Shown in pieces: positions 10,174-18,842 of a stretch of DNA of 64,000 bases. The DNA is taken from the IMG/VR virus record IMGVR_UViG_3300035698_024657, positions 32,001 to 96,000 of that record; one strand, 5' to 3'. Numbering within the stretch: the first letter of the stretch is position 1; every line of letters begins with the position of its first letter. Below the pieces are notes generated by a model. The model searched no databases and was not told the DNA's origin. It worked only from the letters and a program-made list of their open reading frames with translations. This DNA comes from a virus. The position numbers were made by a program, and so were the translations under genes.

Positions 10174-10198
10174 AAAAAGGGGGTTGTCCCCCCATTTT
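10174..10198 (-). terminator. Rho-independent terminator ending the replication operon
   Basis: Minus strand GGGGGG-ACAA-CCCCC-TTTTT, directly downstream of the HTH gene. Confidence 0.7.
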
Positions 10199-10224
10199 CC
10201 AAAATTATATGAAATTGTACAAAA

Positions 10225-10473
10225 TTACTCGGTATCGTCGGATAAACCGAGAAGAGTGTCGGCAGAAACCTGGACGTAAAGACACAGTTTCTTGAAATTC
10301 AGTAAACTTGGACTACGTTTACCTTCAAGATAATCCCGCATTTGTTGGGGATTGATTTGAAGTTTTTCTCGAATGGTCTTGAATTTACGGGCAGATGGAG
10401 GCAATTTAGCGAAGGCCACCTTCAATAAGGCGTGATGCATCACGAACCATCCATCGAATCCGTCTTTAATCAC
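10225..10473 (-). CDS. XRE-family helix-turn-helix regulator
   Basis: IREKLQINPQQMRDYLEGKRSPSLLNFKKLCLYVQVSADTLLG is a typical Cro/CI HTH. Confidence 0.75.
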   Translation of the reverse strand: MIKDGFDGWFVMHHALLKVAFAKLPPSARKFKTIREKLQINPQQMRDYLEGKRSPSLLNFKKLCLYVQVSADTLLGLSDDTE

Positions 10474-10990
10474 GATTTAAGGACCATTTAATTCCCCCCG
10501 CAACATAAATGGGGGCAGCTTTTAAAAGGTCGGAAATATAAATAGGTAGAACACCTAAATGGCCCACCGGCAAATTCAACATTCGAAGTGCGTCGTATAC
10601 GCCATCGACTTTTTCGGGATCTGGTACATCTAACGTATTAGTTAATAACGATTTAAACGTATCTACACTTAAAAAGATTGCAACAGGTTGCCTGTCTTGA
10701 TTTGCAAGAATTATGCGCTGTTTTGCAATTGCATTGAAGAGTAACGGCTCATCATTAATCAATTGTGCCACAACTGCATCTCTAATTCCCTCAAGTACTT
10801 CTTCAGTATCTTTTAATGTGCCTAATTCATTATTTCCCAACTTTAACCGCTTTATTGCCCATTGACGTACGATCTGCCCAAAATCTCCTCGAGACATCAA
10901 GGAAATTATCAAAGCGGTCATAAATATTGAAGTTCCTGCCACTATACTCAGGAGCCATACAGGAGCCATAGAATTTAGACTGTCTACCAT
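10466..10990 (-). CDS. Hypothetical protein with N-terminal transmembrane helix
   Basis: Hydrophobic stretch VWLLSIVAGTSIFMTALIISLM. Confidence 0.55.
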   Translation of the reverse strand: MVDSLNSMAPVWLLSIVAGTSIFMTALIISLMSRGDFGQIVRQWAIKRLKLGNNELGTLKDTEEVLEGIRDAVVAQLINDEPLLFNAIAKQRIILANQDRQPVAIFLSVDTFKSLLTNTLDVPDPEKVDGVYDALRMLNLPVGHLGVLPIYISDLLKAAPIYVAGGIKWSLNRD

Positions 10991-10993
10991 AAT

Positions 10994-11578
10994 TTAACCT
11001 TTCACTAACAACGTACGACGTTTAACTTCGTTCAACAAGTCATCTATAGGTATTTGACTTAAATCAATAACTTCTCTATCTCTTATACACTTAATAAATC
11101 GAATAAGTTCCAGAAAATGATGTCTTGGAACAACATAATGTATAGAATTGCCGAAATGTCCATCAGCCCAACAATATTTCCGCAACCCCACTTCATTCGG
11201 ACGTATGCCCTTAAATTTGATTGCCACAATCGATAAACGGTTATTATGTTCTGCTTCATGAAGCGCTTGATCGACCCACTCTTTCTTGACCGAGAAGCTT
11301 CGCATCGGTCGACCAGTGTCAGCCTTCTTTTTGCTTGCCGTCTTGTAATGTTTGCACTCTATGAGCACGTCTTTTGGCGATAAGCCTAGTTTTGCGAGCT
11401 CTAAGGAGACGTCGCCTTCCAACATACTCTGCGCACCAGTTTTTGTGGAATTTTTTGATCTGCCCGATCCTTCTACGCGAAAGATTAGATCGTCGCAGCG
11501 ACTTTTTTCGATGTCCGGAAATGCAGCGCGCCAAAAATCCACCTCCTCTATCTCAAAAGAGTATCCTTTATTACCCAT
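10994..11578 (-). CDS. Holliday junction resolvase-like PD-(D/E)xK nuclease
   Basis: GNKGYSFE...SG...GD...IECK pattern of Hjc-type resolvases. Confidence 0.7.
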   Translation of the reverse strand: MGNKGYSFEIEEVDFWRAAFPDIEKSRCDDLIFRVEGSGRSKNSTKTGAQSMLEGDVSLELAKLGLSPKDVLIECKHYKTASKKKADTGRPMRSFSVKKEWVDQALHEAEHNNRLSIVAIKFKGIRPNEVGLRKYCWADGHFGNSIHYVVPRHHFLELIRFIKCIRDREVIDLSQIPIDDLLNEVKRRTLLVKG

Positions 11579-11817
11579 TAGTTACCTTCTAATTTCCACC
11601 ATTTTCGCCAACCGTATAAATTTGACACCACAAGAATTATATTCAGGACTAAAATAGGCCAAAGGGTAAAATAGATACAATAGGTAATTATGCATATGTT
11701 CGATATTAACCATACCCCCCAGCATGACATCTTCTTATGCGCATTGAGTAATAGTCCGCCAATACGACATGCTGCGCCTATCCAGCCAATAATCTCAACA
11801 ATACTACTGGTGCCCAT
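11578..11817 (-). CDS. Small PnuC-like membrane protein
   Basis: Three hydrophobic segments; CWGVWLISN and NLYGWRKW motifs. Confidence 0.6.
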   Translation of the reverse strand: MGTSSIVEIIGWIGAACRIGGLLLNAHKKMSCWGVWLISNICIITYCIYFTLWPILVLNIILVVSNLYGWRKWWKLEGN

Positions 11818-12290
11818 TATATTTCTTGATCGAACAACTTTTTCATATATGCAAGTGCTTGCGACTCTTCTACAAAGATCACACTAGCCGCTTCCTGTAC
11901 AAAGGCATGATCATGAAGATTTTTATCTTCCATTACAACTACTACGTATTTTCCAAGTAGTGCTGCCCATGCTAACTCCATCATACATCCGATTGAAACG
12001 GCTTTTGCCCCAGTAAGATCCACGTAAGCAATATCACTATGCTGGACCATCCACTTATCTCGTGCAAAGATTGAATGGGGTGAAGCCACACCGCCATAGT
12101 CGCAGCGTTTTGTAAACGTCTCAGCACCTTCAACAGACTTGTGCAATTCACTCTTACCTGTCATAGGCTGAAGCACCTCGAAGCCAATAGCTTCTAGGGT
12201 AGTTTTGATATTCGTATAATACCCTGCAACCTCATCCCATGTAAGCCCACTAATCGGATGGGAACAATATACTCTAAACTTTTTCTGCAC
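11817..12290 (-). CDS. Nucleoside 2-deoxyribosyltransferase / NMP N-glycosidase family protein
   Basis: VYCSHPISG...RDKWMVQHSD...SIGCMMELAWA..LGK motifs. Confidence 0.8.
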   Translation of the reverse strand: MQKKFRVYCSHPISGLTWDEVAGYYTNIKTTLEAIGFEVLQPMTGKSELHKSVEGAETFTKRCDYGGVASPHSIFARDKWMVQHSDIAYVDLTGAKAVSIGCMMELAWAALLGKYVVVVMEDKNLHDHAFVQEAASVIFVEESQALAYMKKLFDQEI

Positions 12291-12293
12291 GCT

Positions 12294-12527
12294 TTACTCC
12301 TCGTATTGGTAAATAGCATCTTTAACATATTGTTGAATTTCCTCAAGAGAATCCATCACATCAATCGCATCTAATATAATTTGCTTATCGTTGGCATTAA
12401 TGTTTGAAGTGCACGCGCATTTATGTACATGTGCATACGCAACGTGTGCCGTTTTCGCTTTTTGTACTTGCCTCTGTACTTTACGTAGAATCGACACTTT
12501 TTGCTTACTCATCCCAATTTTCCCCAC
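12294..12527 (-). CDS. Hypothetical protein
   Basis: Fills the operon gap on the coding strand. Confidence 0.5.
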   Translation of the reverse strand: MGKIGMSKQKVSILRKVQRQVQKAKTAHVAYAHVHKCACTSNINANDKQIILDAIDVMDSLEEIQQYVKDAIYQYEE

Positions 12528-12532
12528 GTAAC

Positions 12533-13099
12533 TTACGCCAATTTTAATATTTCAGTAAAGATTAAGTCGACGATCTCATCAATAGAACATTCAGGTGAAG
12601 TTTCTAAATCAAAAAAGCCCGTACCCTCTATATCGTCAAATCCTGTTTCAGAAGGATGGTCTAAATTAACAGTACCTTTATTGCCCTCGGTATCTCGAGA
12701 TAATTGTAACTCTCGGGTAGTCACAAGACGCACTGTTTTGAAACCGTGCTCACGTAAACGTTCAACCTCTCCTGAAAATCTGCAATCATCACAAATATAA
12801 AAATCATACTCACCTTCATCTTGCAAATCTTTCAAATCAGCCAGCATAAGGTTAACCCAAAAATCTTCCGTACCGAAATACTTACCTGCAAATTTTCGCA
12901 TTATTTCAGTGCCCATATATTGCATCGCAGGACGATCATGGCGATCATAGCCCCGAGCAAGAAGAACTTTTAGCCAATGTGCAAGACTGAGGCGTTTTGC
13001 ATAGTGTTTACGTGCCGCCATTCTTGCGATTATTTCACGAGTAACATATGTTTTACCCGAGCGCATTTTCCCGGAAATTAAAAGGTTAGGTATGGCCAT
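12533..13099 (-). CDS. Deoxynucleoside monophosphate kinase-like P-loop protein
   Basis: ISGKMRSGKT, MQYMGT, FWV, DDCRF..E and HPSE motifs of phage dNMP kinases. Confidence 0.75.
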   Translation of the reverse strand: MAIPNLLISGKMRSGKTYVTREIIARMAARKHYAKRLSLAHWLKVLLARGYDRHDRPAMQYMGTEIMRKFAGKYFGTEDFWVNLMLADLKDLQDEGEYDFYICDDCRFSGEVERLREHGFKTVRLVTTRELQLSRDTEGNKGTVNLDHPSETGFDDIEGTGFFDLETSPECSIDEIVDLIFTEILKLA

Positions 13100-13211
13100 T
13101 TTGTTCCTCCTTCCTATCTTTTTTAACTTTATGTGCAGTCCAATAAACCGTTACCGCTGAACGGATAACATCCCATACGATCATCCCTATTAATACAAAT
13201 AACCAGTCCAT
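13086..13211 (-). CDS. Small membrane peptide (41 aa), not in ORF track
   Basis: MDWLFVLIGMIVWDVIRSAVTVYWTAHKVKKDRKEEQNGHT fills the gap; AGGTG upstream. Confidence 0.55.
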   Translation of the reverse strand: MDWLFVLIGMIVWDVIRSAVTVYWTAHKVKKDRKEEQNGHT

Positions 13212-13214
13212 ATA

Positions 13215-13850
13215 TCACCTAATATACGATACACCTTTTTTCTGGTGCACTTCAATTGTATTAGTTGCAAATTCCATCAATTTTTCATTATGCGTAATAA
13301 GAATTATTTGACGATCAAATTGTTTCGATACTTCAGTCAAAAATTTTCCAAATGCCCCAACATGTTGTGCAGATACATTTTTTCCGGGTTCATCTAAAAT
13401 TAACGGACCTTTGAGGTTCATCAATTGCATAATGATTATACGTAACGAAATACTAATCACGTCTGCAATACCACCACCATACGTAATTAAAATCTCACCT
13501 CGAATTGGGTTTGTATCTACTCGAGATAAATCAAATTCAGCTTCAACCTGGTTTCTTTTGGTGATGAAATTAATATTGAATTGAATAGTAGGATCATCAA
13601 AAATATCGCGTAAACCTTGAGTCACCAAAAGTTCAACTTTCGCTTTAATGCGGTCACGGGAAACTATATTACATTGTTCCAATAACCGTAGAGATGCTTC
13701 AAGGGAAGTGTTCTCCTTTTTCGCAGCATCACATTTGGCGAGAGCCGTAACAAGTGAGTGCTGCGCGGCAGATTTTTCACCATCAAATTTAGCTAATGCC
13801 ACCTTCGTGGTAGTAAGTTTATCTAATAACGTATCTAATTGGTGTGACAT
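13215..13850 (-). CDS. SbcC/Rad50-like ABC ATPase, C-terminal half
   Basis: Coiled coil, signature YGGG, Walker B ILDEP, H-loop ITHN; no Walker A. Confidence 0.8.
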   Translation of the reverse strand: MSHQLDTLLDKLTTTKVALAKFDGEKSAAQHSLVTALAKCDAAKKENTSLEASLRLLEQCNIVSRDRIKAKVELLVTQGLRDIFDDPTIQFNINFITKRNQVEAEFDLSRVDTNPIRGEILITYGGGIADVISISLRIIIMQLMNLKGPLILDEPGKNVSAQHVGAFGKFLTEVSKQFDRQIILITHNEKLMEFATNTIEVHQKKGVSYIR

Positions 13851-13851
13851 A

Positions 13852-14091
13852 CTATAGGTCTACTGTAGAAAGTTGTACTTCAACCTCTTCAAACTTTTTT
13901 GCAATATCTTGCTGCAACGTTACAATACTATCTTTAATAGTTTGAACAGATTCACCCTGTTCTTCCATTTCTGCAATAATTTCAGCTCGACGTTGCTGTA
14001 AACTTTCTAATTGCGTAGTGGCCCGAATTTTCTCATTCCTATGTTTAATTACCTGTGCCTCTAACGCAGCCAATTCTGCTTCACTGTGCAT
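13852..14091 (-). CDS. Small coiled-coil protein
   Basis: Heptad pattern throughout; lies between the primase and SbcC-C genes. Confidence 0.6.
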   Translation of the reverse strand: MHSEAELAALEAQVIKHRNEKIRATTQLESLQQRRAEIIAEMEEQGESVQTIKDSIVTLQQDIAKKFEEVEVQLSTVDL

Positions 14092-14800
14092 TACTACTCC
14101 TTAACAATTCGAGAAACGCATTTTTACCGTATTTAAGCATAAAACTAGCAGGATCTTCACCATCAGGAAGATTGACTGCAACTACATGTATTTTATTATC
14201 TAAATATACCTCATCAAGATACTTTTGCGCCTTTAACTGTGCTTTCTTTCCCGCATCATCTGCATCAAACACAATATATACCTTTTGTGCATAGCGCGCT
14301 AACGTTCTTGCCGCCGCAGGTTTAAACGCAACACCAGAAGAAGCGACTGTGCTAAGTAACCCATATTGATGCAAAATAAGTGCATCCATTTGACCTTCAA
14401 CCAATATTGCAGTACCTGTTTTAATGATCGCAGGCTTTGCTAAATGGTACAAATAAAGAAGTCTGCCTTTTTGAAATTTTGCAGATTCCTTTACATTAAT
14501 GTATTTCGCAGGCGCATTTATTAATGTACGCCCAGTCCAGCCTACAGGATGCCCAAAAGATGAATGAATTGGAAATATTAATCGATCATGGAAGCGTTTA
14601 CCTATTTTAGGTTGAGAAGGTGCATACCCTAATTGGTGTTTAATCACAGATTCTTTAGATACACCACGTGACTTTAAATACGCCTTCACCTCAGGTGCAG
14701 CCTTTAATTCTGCGTGATAATATTCAATTGCCATCTGAATTTTATCTATACCTAAAGCAAGTTGAATTTCTTTCTCTCTTCGTGTAAGATCATTCAACAT
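14081..14800 (-). CDS. dnaG: DNA primase catalytic core (Toprim) lacking the zinc-binding domain, with N-terminal QxALG tag
   Basis: YLKSRG, RLIFPI, GRTL..KYIN, LVEGQMD, FDADDAG and GEDP motifs; begins MLNDLTRREKEIQLALG. Confidence 0.88.
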   Translation of the reverse strand: MLNDLTRREKEIQLALGIDKIQMAIEYYHAELKAAPEVKAYLKSRGVSKESVIKHQLGYAPSQPKIGKRFHDRLIFPIHSSFGHPVGWTGRTLINAPAKYINVKESAKFQKGRLLYLYHLAKPAIIKTGTAILVEGQMDALILHQYGLLSTVASSGVAFKPAAARTLARYAQKVYIVFDADDAGKKAQLKAQKYLDEVYLDNKIHVVAVNLPDGEDPASFMLKYGKNAFLELLRSSNAQ

Positions 14801-15707
14801 ATGCTAACGCTTTAGTGATAACGGATTTCGGATACTTCCCTTCTTGTCCTACTAACATAATCAAATCTTTAAGATTATCATACTGCAGGGTACTTGCCTT
14901 TTCTTCTAATAACTGCATAAACGTATCAAAACTTCCGAACACTTCCGCAGCTTCGATTTCTTTAGTTTCAAACACATCTACTGGAACATTAAGTGGAATA
15001 AATTCCCAAGATTCTTCACCAACCTTATCAGTATCTACGATAATTATACCTGGCGAATACTGTCTTTGCACATTCTCAGTACGTCCTAAAGAACCTACAT
15101 TAATGACCGTAGTCTTACCTACCTGTACCGGTTTAAATCCTGGATGATAGTGCCCACATACAAGAAGATCTGCCCAGGTTACAATGTTTCGGACATCTGT
15201 ATACTTGCCAAATCCCCATGGTTCACTCATTGTCATTCCATGACAAATTTCTATTAAATATGCATCAGGGTCTACTTTACTCCTATAGTAATCTGTCATA
15301 GGGTGCTCATCAAGCCCATATGAATGTGATACCCCTGCAATTTGAGTATTCCTCCCAATTACTTGAGTATCTTTCAATAGTTTAACGGTGCCCGAAGCTA
15401 GTAAGGTTCCCAATCCTGTACGATATAGTGTATCATCATTGTACCCAAATTTATCATGAGACCCTACAATACTGTATATAGGTATCTGCCAATATGAAAA
15501 TACTTGCAAATAGTTATTTACTACGCTGGTCGACGGATCGGGCGAATCAAATAAATCTCCACCAATAAGAACTGCGTGAATTCCTTGGCTGGTAATAATT
15601 TGACCAATTTGGCGAAATTTTTCCCATAATGCCGCGGGATAATCATCTATTCTACTGCGAGGTGTGGACGCGCGAATATGTGCATCTGTAAAAATCAATA
15701 GTTTCAT
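14790..15707 (-). CDS. SbcD/Mre11-like metallophosphoesterase nuclease
   Basis: DAH, GGDLFD, GSHD, GHYH and NVGSL motifs. Confidence 0.85.
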   Translation of the reverse strand: MKLLIFTDAHIRASTPRSRIDDYPAALWEKFRQIGQIITSQGIHAVLIGGDLFDSPDPSTSVVNNYLQVFSYWQIPIYSIVGSHDKFGYNDDTLYRTGLGTLLASGTVKLLKDTQVIGRNTQIAGVSHSYGLDEHPMTDYYRSKVDPDAYLIEICHGMTMSEPWGFGKYTDVRNIVTWADLLVCGHYHPGFKPVQVGKTTVINVGSLGRTENVQRQYSPGIIIVDTDKVGEESWEFIPLNVPVDVFETKEIEAAEVFGSFDTFMQLLEEKASTLQYDNLKDLIMLVGQEGKYPKSVITKALAYVE

Positions 15708-16003
15708 TGTTTCTTACGCCGAGAAGGCCTCTTCGGTAATTGTTTCTGTGCTGCGTGCGCCGTAAATTCGGCCATCAATGTTGGAAATTGATGTTGGTCA
15801 AATTTATGTCGCATAATAGCGTTCTGTTCTTCAAGAATATTTACACGACTTTGCACTTCTTCTAATTCCCCTAACATGCCTATTTTAGTGGATACAAGCT
15901 TAATAACATCTTCATCAAGTTCAGTAATCTTTACAACAAGTCTATGGATAATTTCATTCGTAATACGTTCAGTGTCAGATGCAGTCTGTTTAGGCTTACT
16001 CAC
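15704..16003 (-). CDS. Hypothetical coiled-coil protein
   Basis: Overlapping start/stop with both neighbours. Confidence 0.55.
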   Translation of the reverse strand: MSKPKQTASDTERITNEIIHRLVVKITELDEDVIKLVSTKIGMLGELEEVQSRVNILEEQNAIMRHKFDQHQFPTLMAEFTAHAAQKQLPKRPSRRKKQ

Positions 16004-17105
16004 AGTAGTCCCCTATATGGTGCGTTTGTTGTTTACAGGTTGGGCAAATTTTCATTTTACGTAACAATGTAGTCCATGCAACTTCTGCTGCATCAATGTT
16101 ATGATCAAAATCTATCCTTGATAATTGTGAAATATCCGCATCAATTTGCGTAAGTGTATTTGTACGATTTTGGAGAAATGCAATTTTTTGAATATCACTA
16201 CGTAGATCATCAAAATTAACTGCAATATCTTCACGTGACTCAGGAAAACCATCAATATCTTGAGTATTCTTATCTAAAGTATTCGTAAGAGTTTGAAGTT
16301 TCGCCAAACGCAGTACATTTTCCCTTATTTCTGGAAAATCTACAACAATATCGGGTAACGTGGTCAATTTTTTTACAAGTACTCTACCCGCGTCACAGAT
16401 CAATTCATATCGAGCACGAAGATGAGTTAATGCAGTTAACTTATTCTCCATTTCTGTAAGTTTTTGTAGCGCCATTTGCACAGTTTTACATATTGCGTGA
16501 CCTGGCGTAGTATCTTTGGAAGAGGCTACTTTTTCTTGTGCCTCAACACTTTGTGCGGTAGCTACTCTTAACTCTTGATTTCCTGCGCGTATGTCGCGGT
16601 TCACTGCAACAATACCGCGATCTAACAGATGTAAACCGACAAGTCTACCAATTAATTTAGATCGGGTACCTGCAGACCCTCGAGAAATCATAAAAGGTGG
16701 ATCATGTTGATCTGAAAAATAGAGATCAATTTTATCACCGTTCTCAAGTTCAATGATGGACATTTCTAATACGCGTTGAATTTCTTCTGGAATTTCTCTG
16801 CCAAATCCACCATATTCTGCATCATCAAGAAAATATAAATTTTTTGACTGCGTAATTTGTCGGGTCAATGTATGCGACGTACCATCTTCTGCAATAAATT
16901 CTAAAGATAACGTCATAGTAGAGGCATCTCGATTAATAAAATCTTTGCCTGCCGGTAAATCCCTCACCAGCTTACGGAGTGCCCGCAAAATCGAAGATTT
17001 CCCTACATCAGTCTCCCCTATAATGGTGTTAAGACCATCGGTAAACTTTACCGTAGTGTCCTTATGCGCCTGATAATTTACTAAATGTAATGATATGAAT
17101 TTCAT
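15996..17105 (-). CDS. SbcC/Rad50-like ABC ATPase, N-terminal half ending at the zinc hook
   Basis: NYQAH, Walker A GETDVGKSS, Q-loop DQHD, coiled coil, terminal CPTC. Confidence 0.82.
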   Translation of the reverse strand: MKFISLHLVNYQAHKDTTVKFTDGLNTIIGETDVGKSSILRALRKLVRDLPAGKDFINRDASTMTLSLEFIAEDGTSHTLTRQITQSKNLYFLDDAEYGGFGREIPEEIQRVLEMSIIELENGDKIDLYFSDQHDPPFMISRGSAGTRSKLIGRLVGLHLLDRGIVAVNRDIRAGNQELRVATAQSVEAQEKVASSKDTTPGHAICKTVQMALQKLTEMENKLTALTHLRARYELICDAGRVLVKKLTTLPDIVVDFPEIRENVLRLAKLQTLTNTLDKNTQDIDGFPESREDIAVNFDDLRSDIQKIAFLQNRTNTLTQIDADISQLSRIDFDHNIDAAEVAWTTLLRKMKICPTCKQQTHHIGDYCE

Positions 17106-17112
17106 AGATTGG

Positions 17113-17141
17113 AATGGGGGAAGTATTACACTTCCCCCATT
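17113..17141. promoter_or_regulatory. Perfect 12-bp stem-loop between the SSB-like gene and SbcC-N
   Basis: aatgggggaagt-attac-acttcccccatt; ends 7 nt before the SbcC-N ATG; no U-tract on the minus strand. Confidence 0.65.
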
Positions 17142-17164
17142 TGAACAGTTACTACTAAAGGACT

Positions 17165-17752
17165 CTAAAAGCCAAAGTCCTCATCAGCATTCAATGCCTG
17201 CGGGTCAACGACGGCAGCCGTGCCCTGGACGGCGGTTGCCGTAGCCGGAGCAGGGGAAGGGGAAGCCACTTGTGCTGCTGCAGGAGCAGCCACCGCAGGC
17301 GCAGCGGTCGCGGGAGCGGCGGCAGGTGCTGTTGCTACAGGGGGAGGAACTGCCTGAGTTTGATCAGGTATGTATGCAGCGAGTGCAGTAACGTTCGAAT
17401 ACGTGGTCGTACGTTCTTGCCCATCAACCATAGACGGTTTGACGTTATTCGTAATTTGAACTTTGACCATTCTACCGATCAAATCGTCCAATTCAAATTC
17501 GTCATTTCCACCTAAAATGACCCCAAAAGCTTGTAACCATGAGAACATCTTACTCTTTGGTGACACTTTCATGCTACTCATTCCAGTAACGGTCGTGCCG
17601 ACGGCAGAAGGATCGTTCGGAGACTCTTTAATCACAAAAGACCATTTGATGTTTGCGCCAAATGTAGCGTGATTAGTCTCTTCAAGACTATCAAGTTGTG
17701 CAAGGTAAAAGCCTTCAGGAATCGGCTTGTTTTCTTGGTGGCGTACTTTCAT
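17165..17752 (-). CDS. Putative single-stranded DNA-binding protein
   Basis: PIPEGFY OB-like N-terminus, Ala/Pro-rich linker, acidic aromatic tail DEDFGF; near recA. Confidence 0.6.
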   Translation of the reverse strand: MKVRHQENKPIPEGFYLAQLDSLEETNHATFGANIKWSFVIKESPNDPSAVGTTVTGMSSMKVSPKSKMFSWLQAFGVILGGNDEFELDDLIGRMVKVQITNNVKPSMVDGQERTTTYSNVTALAAYIPDQTQAVPPPVATAPAAAPATAAPAVAAPAAAQVASPSPAPATATAVQGTAAVVDPQALNADEDFGF

Positions 17753-17844
17753 TTTGAATTCCTCAACATTTTGGGTAAATTATTTTGCATATCCATATGG
17801 CATATGCATGCTTCATTCTGCGGTTTTCTTTTTCTCCTCATTTT

Positions 17845-18486
17845 TCATACTGTATTCTTATGTGGTAATGGTGAATGGGCTGCCGAGAGAGTCACTGAAG
17901 GCCCAGAGGTTCTACCAGTTCCACCGCTATCTAACGCGCGTTGAATTTCTCCGATTTCAATCTGTGTTTGTATCACAGTAATCTGTCGAGAAATATTTTT
18001 ATTGGTACTATCAAGTTTATCGAATTCGTTTTTGACAACCTTAGTAAATGTACGCGCCTGTGAAAGTGAACCATCAATGACAGTCACCGCAGCCTTCAAT
18101 TGGGCTAACAGTGAATTGCATGCACCTTCACGTAATTCTTTATTAGAAAAATCCTTTATCGGAGATGTAGGTAAGCGCCTATCGAATTCTGTCTTATATA
18201 ATGATGTAATCTTCTTAGATAACACATTAAGACCGTCTTCATTAATAATTGCTCTACTGAACACAGTAGCTGTACGTGTCTTAAGCGCATCAACCTGTGC
18301 AATTTGCATATTTAACACACCGATTACATCTGCACTGGGATCTGCAGATAATGTAACAGATTGCGCATTGAGCTCTTTTAAAAAGACATCGTACTGCAAA
18401 ATAGCGTAATTTGTATATTCATCAATAATTTCCTGTGCCCCGTCAATCGAAAGAAGTGCAATTGGAGTTAGATTTACTTCAATCAC
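17845..18486 (-). CDS. Hypothetical helical/coiled-coil protein (possible recombination mediator)
   Basis: Helical sequence between recA and ssb. Confidence 0.45.
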   Translation of the reverse strand: MIEVNLTPIALLSIDGAQEIIDEYTNYAILQYDVFLKELNAQSVTLSADPSADVIGVLNMQIAQVDALKTRTATVFSRAIINEDGLNVLSKKITSLYKTEFDRRLPTSPIKDFSNKELREGACNSLLAQLKAAVTVIDGSLSQARTFTKVVKNEFDKLDSTNKNISRQITVIQTQIEIGEIQRALDSGGTGRTSGPSVTLSAAHSPLPHKNTV

Positions 18487-18790
18487 CGTTATTCTCCAAT
18501 CCCCTATTCACAGTCAATTCTCTGTGCATAATTGATTTACTTAATTCGATATCATTTTGACACGCTAAAGCAACGTCTTCGGCTAATGCACGTAACGTCA
18601 TTTTACCTAAAGAGGCCTTCATTTTTTGATAAGCTGCTTGACCTTCCGCAGTAGTTATATCAAGTGGAGGATCCAGTTCAATTTCAATTGAAGTGCCTCC
18701 GATTGACCAACTCCCGAAACCAAATGCAGAACCAACAGTTTTACCTGTGCCATGCTTGACCATTTTTGTAATCAATACCTTGCCGTTCAT
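18479..18790 (-). CDS. Hypothetical protein
   Basis: AAGGA RBS; ORF track. Confidence 0.55.
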   Translation of the reverse strand: MNGKVLITKMVKHGTGKTVGSAFGFGSWSIGGTSIEIELDPPLDITTAEGQAAYQKMKASLGKMTLRALAEDVALACQNDIELSKSIMHRELTVNRGLENNGD

Positions 18791-18804
18791 TAGTATCCTT
18801 TCTG

Positions 18805-18842
18805 TTACTTATTATACATTATAAATAAGAGATTTGTGCAAA
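18805..18842 (-). promoter_or_regulatory. Candidate sigma-70-type promoter
   Basis: Minus strand TTGCAC...TATAATGTATAAT in an AT-rich gap; spacing non-optimal (19 nt to the second TATAAT). Confidence 0.35.

Noticed and set aside
10466-10990. Resemblance of the C-terminal half to an HK97 capsid A-domain fragment (..GHLGVLPIYISD..)
   Set aside because: The similarity is only a short pattern, and the protein is small with an N-terminal membrane helix; needs HHpred before any claim.
12294-12527. Possible eighth QxALG-tagged protein (..RKVQRQVQKAKTA)
   Set aside because: Lacks the K-E and L-G positions; only VQKA matches.
17786-17808. Imperfect palindrome TGCATATCCATATGGCATATGCA upstream of ssb
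   Set aside because: Single occurrence, built from low-complexity ATAT/GC units; no second copy noticed to support an operator role.
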